NCBI GenBank assembly: GCA_050012475.1
Contig: JBEKHC010000039.1
Location: 39,328 to 103,327 of the forward strand
Direction of reading: 5' to 3'
From: Candidatus Velthaea sp.
GTDB lineage: Bacteria > Vulcanimicrobiota > Vulcanimicrobiia > Vulcanimicrobiales > Vulcanimicrobiaceae
Length of the DNA stretch: 64,000 bases
Part shown: positions 46,837 through 55,880 of the stretch, one piece after another
Position numbering within the stretch: position 1 is the first letter of the stretch
Layout: the number at the start of each line of letters is the position of its first letter
Position numbers and translations under genes: made by a program
The notes under the pieces: generated by a model
Database searches by the model: none
What the model saw: the letters and a program-made list of their open reading frames with translations, nothing else
Told to the model about the DNA's origin: nothing

Positions 46837-47487
46837 TTAGGGCGGCAATACCATCACTTCGCCGTTGGTACCGCGCGCCGCGACCGGGTCCGCATTCAGA
46901 TCGGCTAAAATCTGCTTTGCCGCCGACTGGAATCGGCGGCCATCGTCATACGCCCGTGCGATGAGCATCGCACCTTCCAGCGCGCCGACGAGGTTGCGTG
47001 CCCGCTGTTTGGCCGTCCCGCCAAACCGGAATTCACCGTTCCGGCGCCCGTCGTCGAGCACGGCGGCCAGCCAAACTTCGTTGGCGTCGAAGAATCTCCG
47101 CAATTCTTCCTGCATCGCTTCCGGCAGCGTTGCATACTCGGCCGCCAGCATTCCGCACAGACACATCCGGTTGTTGCGCATGACCGAGTCATAGAGAGCG
47201 ACATAGCGCGCAAGCTTGTCGCGCCCTCTCGGCGTTCGTCGTTCGATCGCGTCGAGTGCCTTGCCAAAGGTGAGATGGTAGCGCTCGATCAGCGCTCGGC
47301 CCAGTTCCGCCTTCGACGGAAAATGGTAGTGCAGACTGGCTTTCGTGACCCCCAACACTTCGGCGATATCGGCATAGCTGAAGCCGTTAAAGCCCCGCGT
47401 CTGCGCAAGCTGCTCCGCGATGTCGAGGATCTGCTGCGCGATCGGAACCGCGGGCGCCTTGCCGGAAATGACCTTTTTGAGTGACAC
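46837..47487 (-). CDS. TetR-family transcriptional regulator
   Basis: RGFNGFSYADIA..VTKASLHYHFPSKAEL HTH; MCLCG. Confidence 0.9.
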   Translation of the reverse strand: MSLKKVISGKAPAVPIAQQILDIAEQLAQTRGFNGFSYADIAEVLGVTKASLHYHFPSKAELGRALIERYHLTFGKALDAIERRTPRGRDKLARYVALYDSVMRNNRMCLCGMLAAEYATLPEAMQEELRRFFDANEVWLAAVLDDGRRNGEFRFGGTAKQRARNLVGALEGAMLIARAYDDGRRFQSAAKQILADLNADPVAARGTNGEVMVLPP

Positions 47488-47494
47488 GACGCGG

Positions 47495-47538
47495 TTGACT
47501 TTTACCTACTGGTAGATATACTCCTACTAGTAAGTCAA
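47495..47538. promoter_or_regulatory. Divergent promoter region with paired CTACT(G/A)GTA palindromes, probable TetR operators
   Basis: TTGACT on both strands flanking CTACTGGTAG and CTACTAGTAA. Confidence 0.55.
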
Positions 47539-47682
47539 AAAAACAGCTGAACGGCGCCTCTGCGTGACGGCCGTGGCACGATTCTACGAGGTCGGCCGAG
47601 GCGCCGAAGCGGCGCTCGAGCATTCCCCACCACCGCACACGTTGTCGTGCCGGCAGTTCGCCGCGCGCAAAAGGAGCTTGGG

Positions 47683-48054
47683 ATGCAAACGGTTGAGCAG
47701 AAAACCGAACACAAGACGTTTTCGGCGCCTGATGAGGTGCGTGAATTCCCCAACGGCAAAGCGGAGATCGTTGCCGTCGGCGGTGCAGAAGTCGGCCGCT
47801 TGATTTTCCAGCCTGGCTGGCGCTGGTCGACCGACGTTCAACCACTGGCGCAGACCGCCAGCTGCGAGGCGCCGCACTTCCAGTACCACGTCGCAGGCAA
47901 ACTCGGAATTCGGATGGACGACGGCACCGAGTTCGTCGCAACTTCCGGAGACATCACGTCGCTCCCGCGGGGCCACGATGCGTGGGTGATCGGGGACGAG
48001 CCGGTGGTGGTCGTCGACTGGTTCGGCGCGACCAACTACGCAAAACCGTCGTAA
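47683..48054 (+). CDS. Cupin-domain protein
   Basis: AAGGAG RBS; QPGWRWS, CEAPH, PRGHDAWV. Confidence 0.82.
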   Translation: MQTVEQKTEHKTFSAPDEVREFPNGKAEIVAVGGAEVGRLIFQPGWRWSTDVQPLAQTASCEAPHFQYHVAGKLGIRMDDGTEFVATSGDITSLPRGHDAWVIGDEPVVVVDWFGATNYAKPS

Positions 48055-48083
48055 ACACGCAATGCAGAAAGGAACAGGTCGCT

Positions 48084-48275
48084 ATGCAAACGTCAATCAG
48101 AAAAGTGATCGACTGTCGGGAATTTCCGAGCGAGAGCAATTGCTCGCTCACCATCTCGGGGACGGAAGATGAAGTGCTCAAGGCTGCCGCGGAGCACGCC
48201 GTATCAAGCCACGGACATGCTGCCGGCCCCGATCTGGTAAACGCGCTGCGCTCCGCGCTTCACAACGAGACGTAA
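48084..48275 (+). CDS. DUF1059-like small protein
   Basis: DCREFPSESNC..EHAVSSHG pattern. Confidence 0.7.
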   Translation: MQTSIRKVIDCREFPSESNCSLTISGTEDEVLKAAAEHAVSSHGHAAGPDLVNALRSALHNET

Positions 48276-48632
48276 TCCGCGGGGCGCCGTCCACATTCAC
48301 GGACCGGCTTCACCGATGCAGACCGGATCTCGGGACCGAGATTTGATTGGCGCGCCGTTCTCACGCATGTCACGGTAACGCGCGATGGTGGCAGCGCGAT
48401 TCGTGGAATGCGTTTGAACTACGTGTCGCCGGCCGCATCATCTCGAGCGGATCAAGATCAGCACCAGGGCCACTCGGCCCTGAGACGCGCACACAGCAAA
48501 CGATGAGGCGGCGCTGCGGGGCGCATTGTCAGGGCGTGAAGCCGGGCCGCGAAGCAGGACGCGCCGGTTTCCGGGATGCGGGCGGTGGCCTGACCGAGGC
48601 TTCCGCCGCATCGGGCCGGAAACTCGCGCCTG

Positions 48633-50345
48633 ATGAGTCAGCCCAGTCTCGATGCGCTGCGCCATACGGCCGCGCACGTTCTCGCCTATGCCGTCCAGGA
48701 TCTGTTTCCGGACGCGAAACCGACGATCGGCCCGGCGATCGAAAACGGCTTCTACTACGATTTCGACCGCGCGACCCCGTTCACGGCCGACGATCTCGTC
48801 GCACTCGAAGCGCGCATGCGCGAGATCCTCAAGGCCAACTACGAAATGACCGGCCGGCGGGTGTCGCGCGAAGAAGCGCTCGAACGGTATGCAGGCAACG
48901 AATACAAGACGGAGCTCGCTCGCGACATCCCCGTCGACGATCCAATCACCCTCTATACGATCGGTGACTTCACCGACCTGTGCCGGGGCGGGCACGCCGA
49001 ACGGACGGGCGAGATCGGCGCGATCAAGCTCACCAGCGTCGCGGGTGCCTATTGGCGCGGCGACGAGCATAATCCGATGCTGCAGCGCATCTACGGCACA
49101 GCGTTTCCGACCCAAAAAGAACTCGACGACTACCTCGTCTTTCTCGAAGAGGCGGCCAAGCGCGATCATCGCAAACTGGGGCCGGAATTGGGCTTGTACC
49201 GAATCGAGGAAGATGCCGGTGGCGGCTTGGTCTTCTGGCACCCGAAAGGCGCGATCGTGCGCAGCGTGGTCGAAGATTTCATTCGGGCCGGACTCAAAGA
49301 GCGCGGCTATCAACCCGTCGTGACGCCGCACGTCGTCCACGAAAAGCTCTACGAAATCTCAGGCCATCTGGAAAACTTTTCGCACGGGATGTTCGGGCCG
49401 ATCGAAGTCGAGGGCCAGCGCTTTCGGCTCAAGCCGATGAATTGTCCCGGTCACATCCTGATCTATCGCTCCGAAGGCCGCTCGTATCGCGATTTGCCGC
49501 TCCGCTTTTCGGAGTTCGGCACCGTCTATCGTTTCGAGCGCAGCGGGACCCTGCACGGCCTCACGCGCGTGCGCGGCTTCACCCAAGACGACGCCCATCT
49601 TTTCTGCACGCCCGACCAGCTGCAAGGCGAATTCGAGCAAACTCTCGATGAGGCACTGCGTTTGATGCAGGCCTTCAACTTCACCGAGTTCGAGTATTTT
49701 CTCTCGACCCGCGAGCACCGCACGGCGACCGATCCGCAAGCCGAGGAGGCCATCCGCCGGGCGTTGGAATCGCGTTCCATTCCGTATCAGATCGATGAAG
49801 GCGGCGGCGCTTTCTACGGTCCCAAACTCGACATCAACTTGCACGATGCGATCGGCCGCAAGTGGCAGCTGGGCACGGTGCAAGTCGATTTCGTCCTGCC
49901 CGAACGGTTCGAACTCAAATATCGCGGTGCCGATGGCGCCGACCATCGTCCGGTGATGATCCATCGCGCGCTGGCCGGTTCGATGGAACGCTTCATGGGC
50001 GTGCTTATCGAGCATTTCGGCGGCAATTTCCCCGCCTGGCTCGCGCCGATCCAAGCCGTGGTCGTGCCGATTTCCGAACATCAACTCGACTACGCCTATA
50101 CGATCCGCGATCGGCTGCGCGAGCAAGGTTTCCGCGTCGAAGGCGATGCGTCAAACGAGAAGCTTGGGTACAAAATCCGTAATTGGAAGACCCAGAAAAT
50201 ACCGTACATTCTCGTGGTCGGCAAAAACGAAGCCGCCGACGGAACCGTAAGCGTAAACCAGCGCGGCGTCGAAGCCAAACGGCCGCCGATCATGATTGCG
50301 GCGTTTGCCGACGAATTGGCGGCGATAGTCGCGGAGAAACGCTGA
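48633..50345 (+). CDS. thrS: Threonine--tRNA ligase (short form without TGS domain)
   Basis: RHTAAH, DLCRGGH, RDHRKLG, KPMNCP, RVRGFTQDDAH, AFYGPK. Confidence 0.95.
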   Translation: MSQPSLDALRHTAAHVLAYAVQDLFPDAKPTIGPAIENGFYYDFDRATPFTADDLVALEARMREILKANYEMTGRRVSREEALERYAGNEYKTELARDIPVDDPITLYTIGDFTDLCRGGHAERTGEIGAIKLTSVAGAYWRGDEHNPMLQRIYGTAFPTQKELDDYLVFLEEAAKRDHRKLGPELGLYRIEEDAGGGLVFWHPKGAIVRSVVEDFIRAGLKERGYQPVVTPHVVHEKLYEISGHLENFSHGMFGPIEVEGQRFRLKPMNCPGHILIYRSEGRSYRDLPLRFSEFGTVYRFERSGTLHGLTRVRGFTQDDAHLFCTPDQLQGEFEQTLDEALRLMQAFNFTEFEYFLSTREHRTATDPQAEEAIRRALESRSIPYQIDEGGGAFYGPKLDINLHDAIGRKWQLGTVQVDFVLPERFELKYRGADGADHRPVMIHRALAGSMERFMGVLIEHFGGNFPAWLAPIQAVVVPISEHQLDYAYTIRDRLREQGFRVEGDASNEKLGYKIRNWKTQKIPYILVVGKNEAADGTVSVNQRGVEAKRPPIMIAAFADELAAIVAEKR

Positions 50346-50368
50346 CCGTTCCGATGTTGTTCGGCCGC

Positions 50369-52576
50369 TTAGCCGAGTCCCGAAACCCCCTCGAAGAGCG
50401 ATGCCACATTCGGCCCGGCGGCGGCAAGCCGGGCCCGGCGCAGGCTCAGGACGGCACGCGCGTGGCTGCCGCCGCTCGGGCGGCGCGAAACGTGAAAATC
50501 GTCGGTAAGCGTGGAGATCAAGAACAACCCGCGGCCGTACTCACTGTACGGATCGTCGGGCAGAATCGGAGCGTGCCGAAAACCCGGTCCGCGATCCATG
50601 ACGTGCAGCACCGGGGCCGACGCGCTCCAATCGACCGTCACCTCGACGCGCCCAGGCGCGTGGCGCACGGCGTTGCCGACCAATTCGCCGAACACCAGCT
50701 CCGCCGCGTACACGTCCTCGAGCGCTCCGCCGCGCGCCAAGATCGTCTCACCGATCTCATGGCGGGCCGCACGGGCCGCCGTTTCTTCGTGGGCATCGAA
50801 CGTCCATTGCTGGATCGCCGGCACCGCCGCGTGCGCATCGGGAAACGATTCGATGCCGACGATGAGAATCGCGACGTCGTCTTTGGCCCGGGCACCATCG
50901 AAGAACGCCTCTTTGAGGGCCCGCGCGGGATGTTCGGCGGCGAAGATCATTTCGTCGTCGAGCAGCGTGCGCAGTTGCTGTTCGCCGTCGAGCGGCCGAT
51001 GAAAGACTTCGGTCAAGCCGTCGGTGTAAAGGACCAGCCGCGTCGCCGCCGACGCGTCGATGATGCGGCCGACGGCGTCCTCGCGGCCGAGCCGCAACCC
51101 CAACGGCAGCCCGCCGTCGGTCAGCGCTTCGACCCGCCCGTCCCGAAACTGCATGAGCGGCGGCGGATGACCGGCGGAGGCATACGCGAACGTCTTGACG
51201 ATCGGATCGAGCACGCCGACGAACGCGGTCACGAATTGACCCGGCGCTTCGAGCCGCAGCGCGCGATCGGCGGCATCGAGAATGAGCGCTGGGTCGGCAT
51301 GGACCTGCGCGATACCGCGAATGATTTGGCGCATGTTGCCCATCGTTACCGCGGCGTGCAGTCCTTTGCCGGCAACGTCGCCAATCGAGATCACGATCCG
51401 GCCGTCGAACAACCGGACGGCGTCGTACCAATCGCCGCCGATCTGCGCTTCGTCGCTGGCGGGAACGTAGACCGCGTCGAATCTCACGCCGGGCACCGCG
51501 GGCAGTTCGGCCGGCAGCGACGCTTCTTGAAACGACTGCGCTACGCGGTGCTCGCGTTCGAATTCATTGGCGTTCTGCACCGCGAGACCGGCGCGGCGTC
51601 CGAGTTCCTCGAGCAGCGGCAAGTCGTCTTCGACGTAGTGCCGTCCTGAATCGCCGTAGATGACGGCCAAGGCGCCGAGCGTCGCCCCTTGCGCGATGAG
51701 CGGCACGGAAACGAACGACCGGATTCCCAACTGCTGGTACATGCGCACTTCGTATTCGTCGTCGACGGTGGCCTCGAGCATGCTCAACTCCAGGCTCTCG
51801 ACGAAGTGACTGCGCCCCGTGCGGATGGCGTACGCTTGTCCTGCCTCCGCTTTGGGGTCGAAGTGAATGCGACCCACGAAGCGCTGCGCGATTTCATTTT
51901 TCTTGCGGTCGTGGTGCGCGATCGCGACGGTTTCGATCTGGTCGTCGGGCGTACGGATGTCGACTTGGCACCAATCGGCGAACTGCGGAATGGTGAGTCG
52001 CGCGATGTTCTGCAACGTCGTCGGCAAATCGAGCGATTCGGCCAACAGCCGGCTGGCTTCCGACATGAATTCGCGCTCGATGGCCCGGCTGCGTGTCTCG
52101 CGTTCGCGCAGCACGGAATCGGTCGTCTCGACCATCAAACAGAACACGCCGCCGATTCCCGCGCCGTCTTCGATGGGGCTGAGGGACACCGTAAAGTACG
52201 CTTCTGTCCGCGCGCCGCCGGGGGGCGTTGGAACCTGCCAGTTTGCGACGACGGCCGGTGTGCCCGACGCCCTGACGCCGGCGAGCTGATGCTCCAAGAG
52301 TGCCCACAGCGCGGGCCACGATCGCGCAGCCGGTTGGCCCAGCGCATCGCTATGGTGCGTACCGAACATCGCCGCGGCCGGCGCGTTGTAGAGCGCAACG
52401 AAATGCGGGCCCCAATAAACGATCGCCGGGACGTGCGCGCCCAAACAAATTCCCAGCGCCGTCTGCAGCGCTGGCGGCCAGCACTCGCGCGGGCCAAGCG
52501 CGGTTCGATCCCAGTCGATCCGCGCGATTAACGATTCTACCGAGTTCGAGGACACCACAACCTCACCCGCGTTCAC
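50369..52576 (-). CDS. PAS/GAF-SpoIIE (PP2C) phosphatase with HATPase_c domain
   Basis: IGGDWYD, GDVAGKG, YTDGL, DDVA, ELVGNAVRH, GRGLFL. Confidence 0.9.
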   Translation of the reverse strand: MNAGEVVVSSNSVESLIARIDWDRTALGPRECWPPALQTALGICLGAHVPAIVYWGPHFVALYNAPAAAMFGTHHSDALGQPAARSWPALWALLEHQLAGVRASGTPAVVANWQVPTPPGGARTEAYFTVSLSPIEDGAGIGGVFCLMVETTDSVLRERETRSRAIEREFMSEASRLLAESLDLPTTLQNIARLTIPQFADWCQVDIRTPDDQIETVAIAHHDRKKNEIAQRFVGRIHFDPKAEAGQAYAIRTGRSHFVESLELSMLEATVDDEYEVRMYQQLGIRSFVSVPLIAQGATLGALAVIYGDSGRHYVEDDLPLLEELGRRAGLAVQNANEFEREHRVAQSFQEASLPAELPAVPGVRFDAVYVPASDEAQIGGDWYDAVRLFDGRIVISIGDVAGKGLHAAVTMGNMRQIIRGIAQVHADPALILDAADRALRLEAPGQFVTAFVGVLDPIVKTFAYASAGHPPPLMQFRDGRVEALTDGGLPLGLRLGREDAVGRIIDASAATRLVLYTDGLTEVFHRPLDGEQQLRTLLDDEMIFAAEHPARALKEAFFDGARAKDDVAILIVGIESFPDAHAAVPAIQQWTFDAHEETAARAARHEIGETILARGGALEDVYAAELVFGELVGNAVRHAPGRVEVTVDWSASAPVLHVMDRGPGFRHAPILPDDPYSEYGRGLFLISTLTDDFHVSRRPSGGSHARAVLSLRRARLAAAGPNVASLFEGVSGLG

Positions 52577-52691
52577 GCGCGCGATTCACAGATCATCCAT
52601 TTGCCGCTGCGCGCCGGTAAAGGAAAACGGAATGTTAACGCGGGCTGCTCGAGCGAAGCTCGAACGCGCAGGATCGACGAAGCGGATGTTC

Positions 52692-53858
52692 TTAAGCAAC
52701 TTGGCGGGTGGCCTCCCGCGGCGGCCACACCGTTTGAGCCAGGACGCAGGCACCGATCTGAACGGCCAGGATCAGCGCCACGGTCGCCGGCCAACCGCCA
52801 TGCAGCCAAAACAATCCCGGAATCACCGCGCCCGCGCCGCCCCCGAGGTAGTACACGGTCAAGTAGAGTGCCGCGGCAGTCGAGCGCTGCCCGGTGGCGA
52901 CGACACCGACGTAGCCTTGCGATGCGGCAGCGGAACAGAACACGCCCGTCGCCAGCAGCACGAGGCCGGCCACGATGACTTCGATGTTTGGGACGAGCGT
53001 GAGGGCGATGCCGAAGGCGCTGGTGCCGATCGACAGCAGCAAGGTGGCGCGATGGCCGAAGCGATCGACGAGCCGCCCGGACAGCGGGCTCGCGACCACG
53101 CCCAACAAGTAGACGCAGAAGACATTGCCCAGCGCCGCCGTGCCCATTAGAAAGGGGGGACCGGCTAAATAAAATGTCACGTACGTAAAGGTCGCGACTT
53201 GGGTGAAGAGCACGCTTCCGCCGACGATGTCCGTTGCGACCAAGACCGGATCGCGAACGAACGCGGCGATCGCATGCACGGCGGAGCCCAACGACGCGCT
53301 GCGCACGAAATTCCGCGACCGGGGGAGCGCGATCCACACCATCACCGCTCCGCATACGTTGAGCACGCCGAGCACGAGGAAGGCGACGTGCCAACCGGTC
53401 CGATCGGCGACGAGCGCGGTGAAATACCGCCCGAAAAACCCTCCGAACACGTTGCCGCCCATGTACGCCCCGACCGCCCGGCCGCCGACCGCAGCGGGAA
53501 ACTCTTCGGCGATGTAGGCGAGGGTCACGGCAAAAATCGCCGGCATGAACAGCCCCTGCGCAAAGCGCCACGCGACGAGCATCGGCAAGGTCGTGGCGGT
53601 CGCCGTTCCCATCGTCACCAGCCCCAGCAGGGCGATTGCGCTGACGATGACCCGCTTGCGCCCCACCCGGTCGGCGAGCGATCCGACAAACGGCGCCGAC
53701 AGCGCGCAAGCAACGGTGATCGCGGTAATCGTCAGCCCGACGGCGGCTTCGGAGGTATGAAAGGTTGTGCGCAGCTCGGGCAGCAACGGCTGGGTCGCGT
53801 ACATATCGATGAATGCGCTGGCGCCGGCCGTCGCCAGCGCAAGATATCGCCAATCCAC
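52692..53858 (-). CDS. MFS transporter (YnfM-like)
   Basis: MYATQPLLP, LADRVGRKR, YIAEEF; start set at GTG 53858 to avoid overlap with tsaD. Confidence 0.87.
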   Translation of the reverse strand: MDWRYLALATAGASAFIDMYATQPLLPELRTTFHTSEAAVGLTITAITVACALSAPFVGSLADRVGRKRVIVSAIALLGLVTMGTATATTLPMLVAWRFAQGLFMPAIFAVTLAYIAEEFPAAVGGRAVGAYMGGNVFGGFFGRYFTALVADRTGWHVAFLVLGVLNVCGAVMVWIALPRSRNFVRSASLGSAVHAIAAFVRDPVLVATDIVGGSVLFTQVATFTYVTFYLAGPPFLMGTAALGNVFCVYLLGVVASPLSGRLVDRFGHRATLLLSIGTSAFGIALTLVPNIEVIVAGLVLLATGVFCSAAASQGYVGVVATGQRSTAAALYLTVYYLGGGAGAVIPGLFWLHGGWPATVALILAVQIGACVLAQTVWPPREATRQVA

Positions 53859-53958
53859 TTGCGGTGGCTTCCGCCTGCAGCGTTCCGGTGCCCGCAGAAC
53901 GTCCGTCCGCGGACCCGGCACGCAACCACCCGCGCTCGCGGGCGGTCGAATCGCGCGC

Positions 53959-54954
53959 ATGCTTTTGCTGGGAATCGAAACGTCGTGCGACGACACCGCG
54001 ACGGCCGTCGTGCGCGACGGGCGCAGCGTGCTCTCGAACGTCTCGACGAATCAAGACGAGTTCCACGCGAAATACGGCGGGATCGTGCCGGAGATCGCGA
54101 GCCGCCGCCATGTCGCCTTGCTCTCGGCGGCCGTGGACGATGCGCTCGGCCGGGCCGGATTGGGGCTGCCCGATGTCGACGGCATCGCCGTCACCGCTGG
54201 TCCAGGTCTCATCGGCAGCCTGGTCGTCGGCGTGGCGGCAGCCAAAGCGCTCGCGTTCGCGGCCGGCAAACCGCTCTACGCCGTCAACCACCTGCACGGC
54301 CACATCTTCGCCGCGTTTCTCGACACGGCAAACGAGCCCGAATATCCGCTGCTCGCCTTGCTGGTTTCGGGCGGTCATTCGCAACTGGTCGACGTGGAGT
54401 CGCCCACCCACCTGCGCGTCATCGGCAAAACGCGCGACGACGCGGCCGGCGAGGCGTTCGATAAGACCGCGCGCTTGTTCGGCCTTCCCTTTCCGGGCGG
54501 GCCCGCGCTCGAACGCCTGGCCGCCGGCGGCGATCCGCGCGCGGTAGCGTTTCCGCGGCATCGCGCAGACCCCGGCAAACTCGACATGTCGTTTTCCGGC
54601 ATCAAAACCTCGGTGCGCCATTTCTTGGAAAACGATCGCGGCGCGACGCCCGCAGCGGACGTCGCGGCGTCCTTCCAGGCAGCGGTCGTGGACGTGCTCG
54701 TCGACCGGGTCGAACGCGCGCTCACGCTGCGCCCGTATCGCGCCATCGTGCTCAGCGGCGGCGTCGCCGCGAACGGCGCGCTGCAGTCCGCCTTCCGCGC
54801 GGCGGGGGCCAAGCACGGCACGCCCGCGCTCGTGCCGCAGCGTCAGTATTGCACTGACAACGCGGCGATGATTGCAGCCGCTGCCGACCGGCGCGGTGCC
54901 GCGGCGCGCGCTGATACTCTGACGCTCACCGCCGATCCCAACCTAATTTTTTAA
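53959..54954 (+). CDS. tsaD: tRNA N6-threonylcarbamoyladenosine transferase subunit
   Basis: LGIETSCDDT, GGIVPEIASRRH, VNHLHGH, DDAAGEAFDK, CTDNAAMIA. Confidence 0.95.
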   Translation: MLLLGIETSCDDTATAVVRDGRSVLSNVSTNQDEFHAKYGGIVPEIASRRHVALLSAAVDDALGRAGLGLPDVDGIAVTAGPGLIGSLVVGVAAAKALAFAAGKPLYAVNHLHGHIFAAFLDTANEPEYPLLALLVSGGHSQLVDVESPTHLRVIGKTRDDAAGEAFDKTARLFGLPFPGGPALERLAAGGDPRAVAFPRHRADPGKLDMSFSGIKTSVRHFLENDRGATPAADVAASFQAAVVDVLVDRVERALTLRPYRAIVLSGGVAANGALQSAFRAAGAKHGTPALVPQRQYCTDNAAMIAAAADRRGAAARADTLTLTADPNLIF

Positions 54955-55144
54955 AGCGCCGGCGTGGGAGCGACGTCGAGGGCGCGTCGAAACGTTTCGC
55001 CTACGTACGAATCGGTACCAAACCGAACGGAGCGTCTCCGGTGAGCACATCGCACACGCGGGCCGGCCTCGGATTCGATATGCGTTTTGTGATTGCGCTG
55101 TACCGGCCGCCGTTCGACGACGCATCGCTGCCGCAGCGCTCGTC

Positions 55145-55798
55145 GTGAACGCGGTCGTCGTTTGCGTCAGCCTGGGGTCGACCGCCGCATTCCTCGGACT
55201 GGCCGTTCTTGGCTGGGGCGGTTTCGGCGGCTTTTTTTCGCACCCGGCGCTCGCCGCGCTCGTCGGCGTGACGTTCGCGTTGGCCGTCGCAGCGGTTTTC
55301 ACCAGCGGCAATTTGAGTTCGGGCGAGCGCGAAGATACGGCGAACCGCTGGATCTTCATCCCCGCAACCGTTATCGGCGTGTTGAGCGGATTCGTCCCAG
55401 CGTACACCGACCGGATCGGCTGGTGGACTCTCGACGGCGATTCGCTGCGCTGGCTGGGCGTCGTACTGTTTGCCGCCGGCGGCGTGTTGCGCGTGTGGCC
55501 GGTATTCGCGCTCGGCCGCCGCTTCAGCGGTCTGGTCGCCATTCAGCCGGGTCACACATTGGTGACGACCGGAATTTACGGCGTTATCCGCAATCCGAGC
55601 TATCTCGGAATGCTCGTCATGCTGCTGGGCTGGGCGCTCGCGTTTCGCTCGGCGCTGGGCGTGCTGCTCGCGCTGCTCATGATTCCGCCGCTGGTCGCGC
55701 GCATGACGGCTGAGGAGCGGCTGCTGCGTTCGCAGTTCGGCAGCGAATACGATGCCTACTGCGCGCGCACGAAACGGTTGATCCCGGGAATGTACTGA
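55145..55798 (+). CDS. Isoprenylcysteine carboxyl methyltransferase-family membrane protein
   Basis: LVTTGIYGVIRNPSYLG, EERLL..FG..Y..Y. Confidence 0.85.
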   Translation: MNAVVVCVSLGSTAAFLGLAVLGWGGFGGFFSHPALAALVGVTFALAVAAVFTSGNLSSGEREDTANRWIFIPATVIGVLSGFVPAYTDRIGWWTLDGDSLRWLGVVLFAAGGVLRVWPVFALGRRFSGLVAIQPGHTLVTTGIYGVIRNPSYLGMLVMLLGWALAFRSALGVLLALLMIPPLVARMTAEERLLRSQFGSEYDAYCARTKRLIPGMY

Positions 55799-55880
55799 AT
55801 CCCACCGCGGTGCTTTCGGCAATCGCCGAGCGAGCTGCACGCTCGCCCGGCGGCTATCGCTGCGCTGCGTTCGACGTCTC

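Noticed and set aside
48280..48632. T-box or Thr leader upstream of thrS
   Set aside because: No T-box motif, Thr-rich sORF or terminator seen
52573..54816. 747-aa minus-strand ORF and other long overlapping ORFs in the track
   Set aside because: GC-rich shadow frames over well-supported genes (MFS, tsaD and others)
55145..55798. Methanethiol S-methyltransferase (MddA)
   Set aside because: Only generic ICMT-family motifs are visible; outside the sulfur region and without a Cys leader
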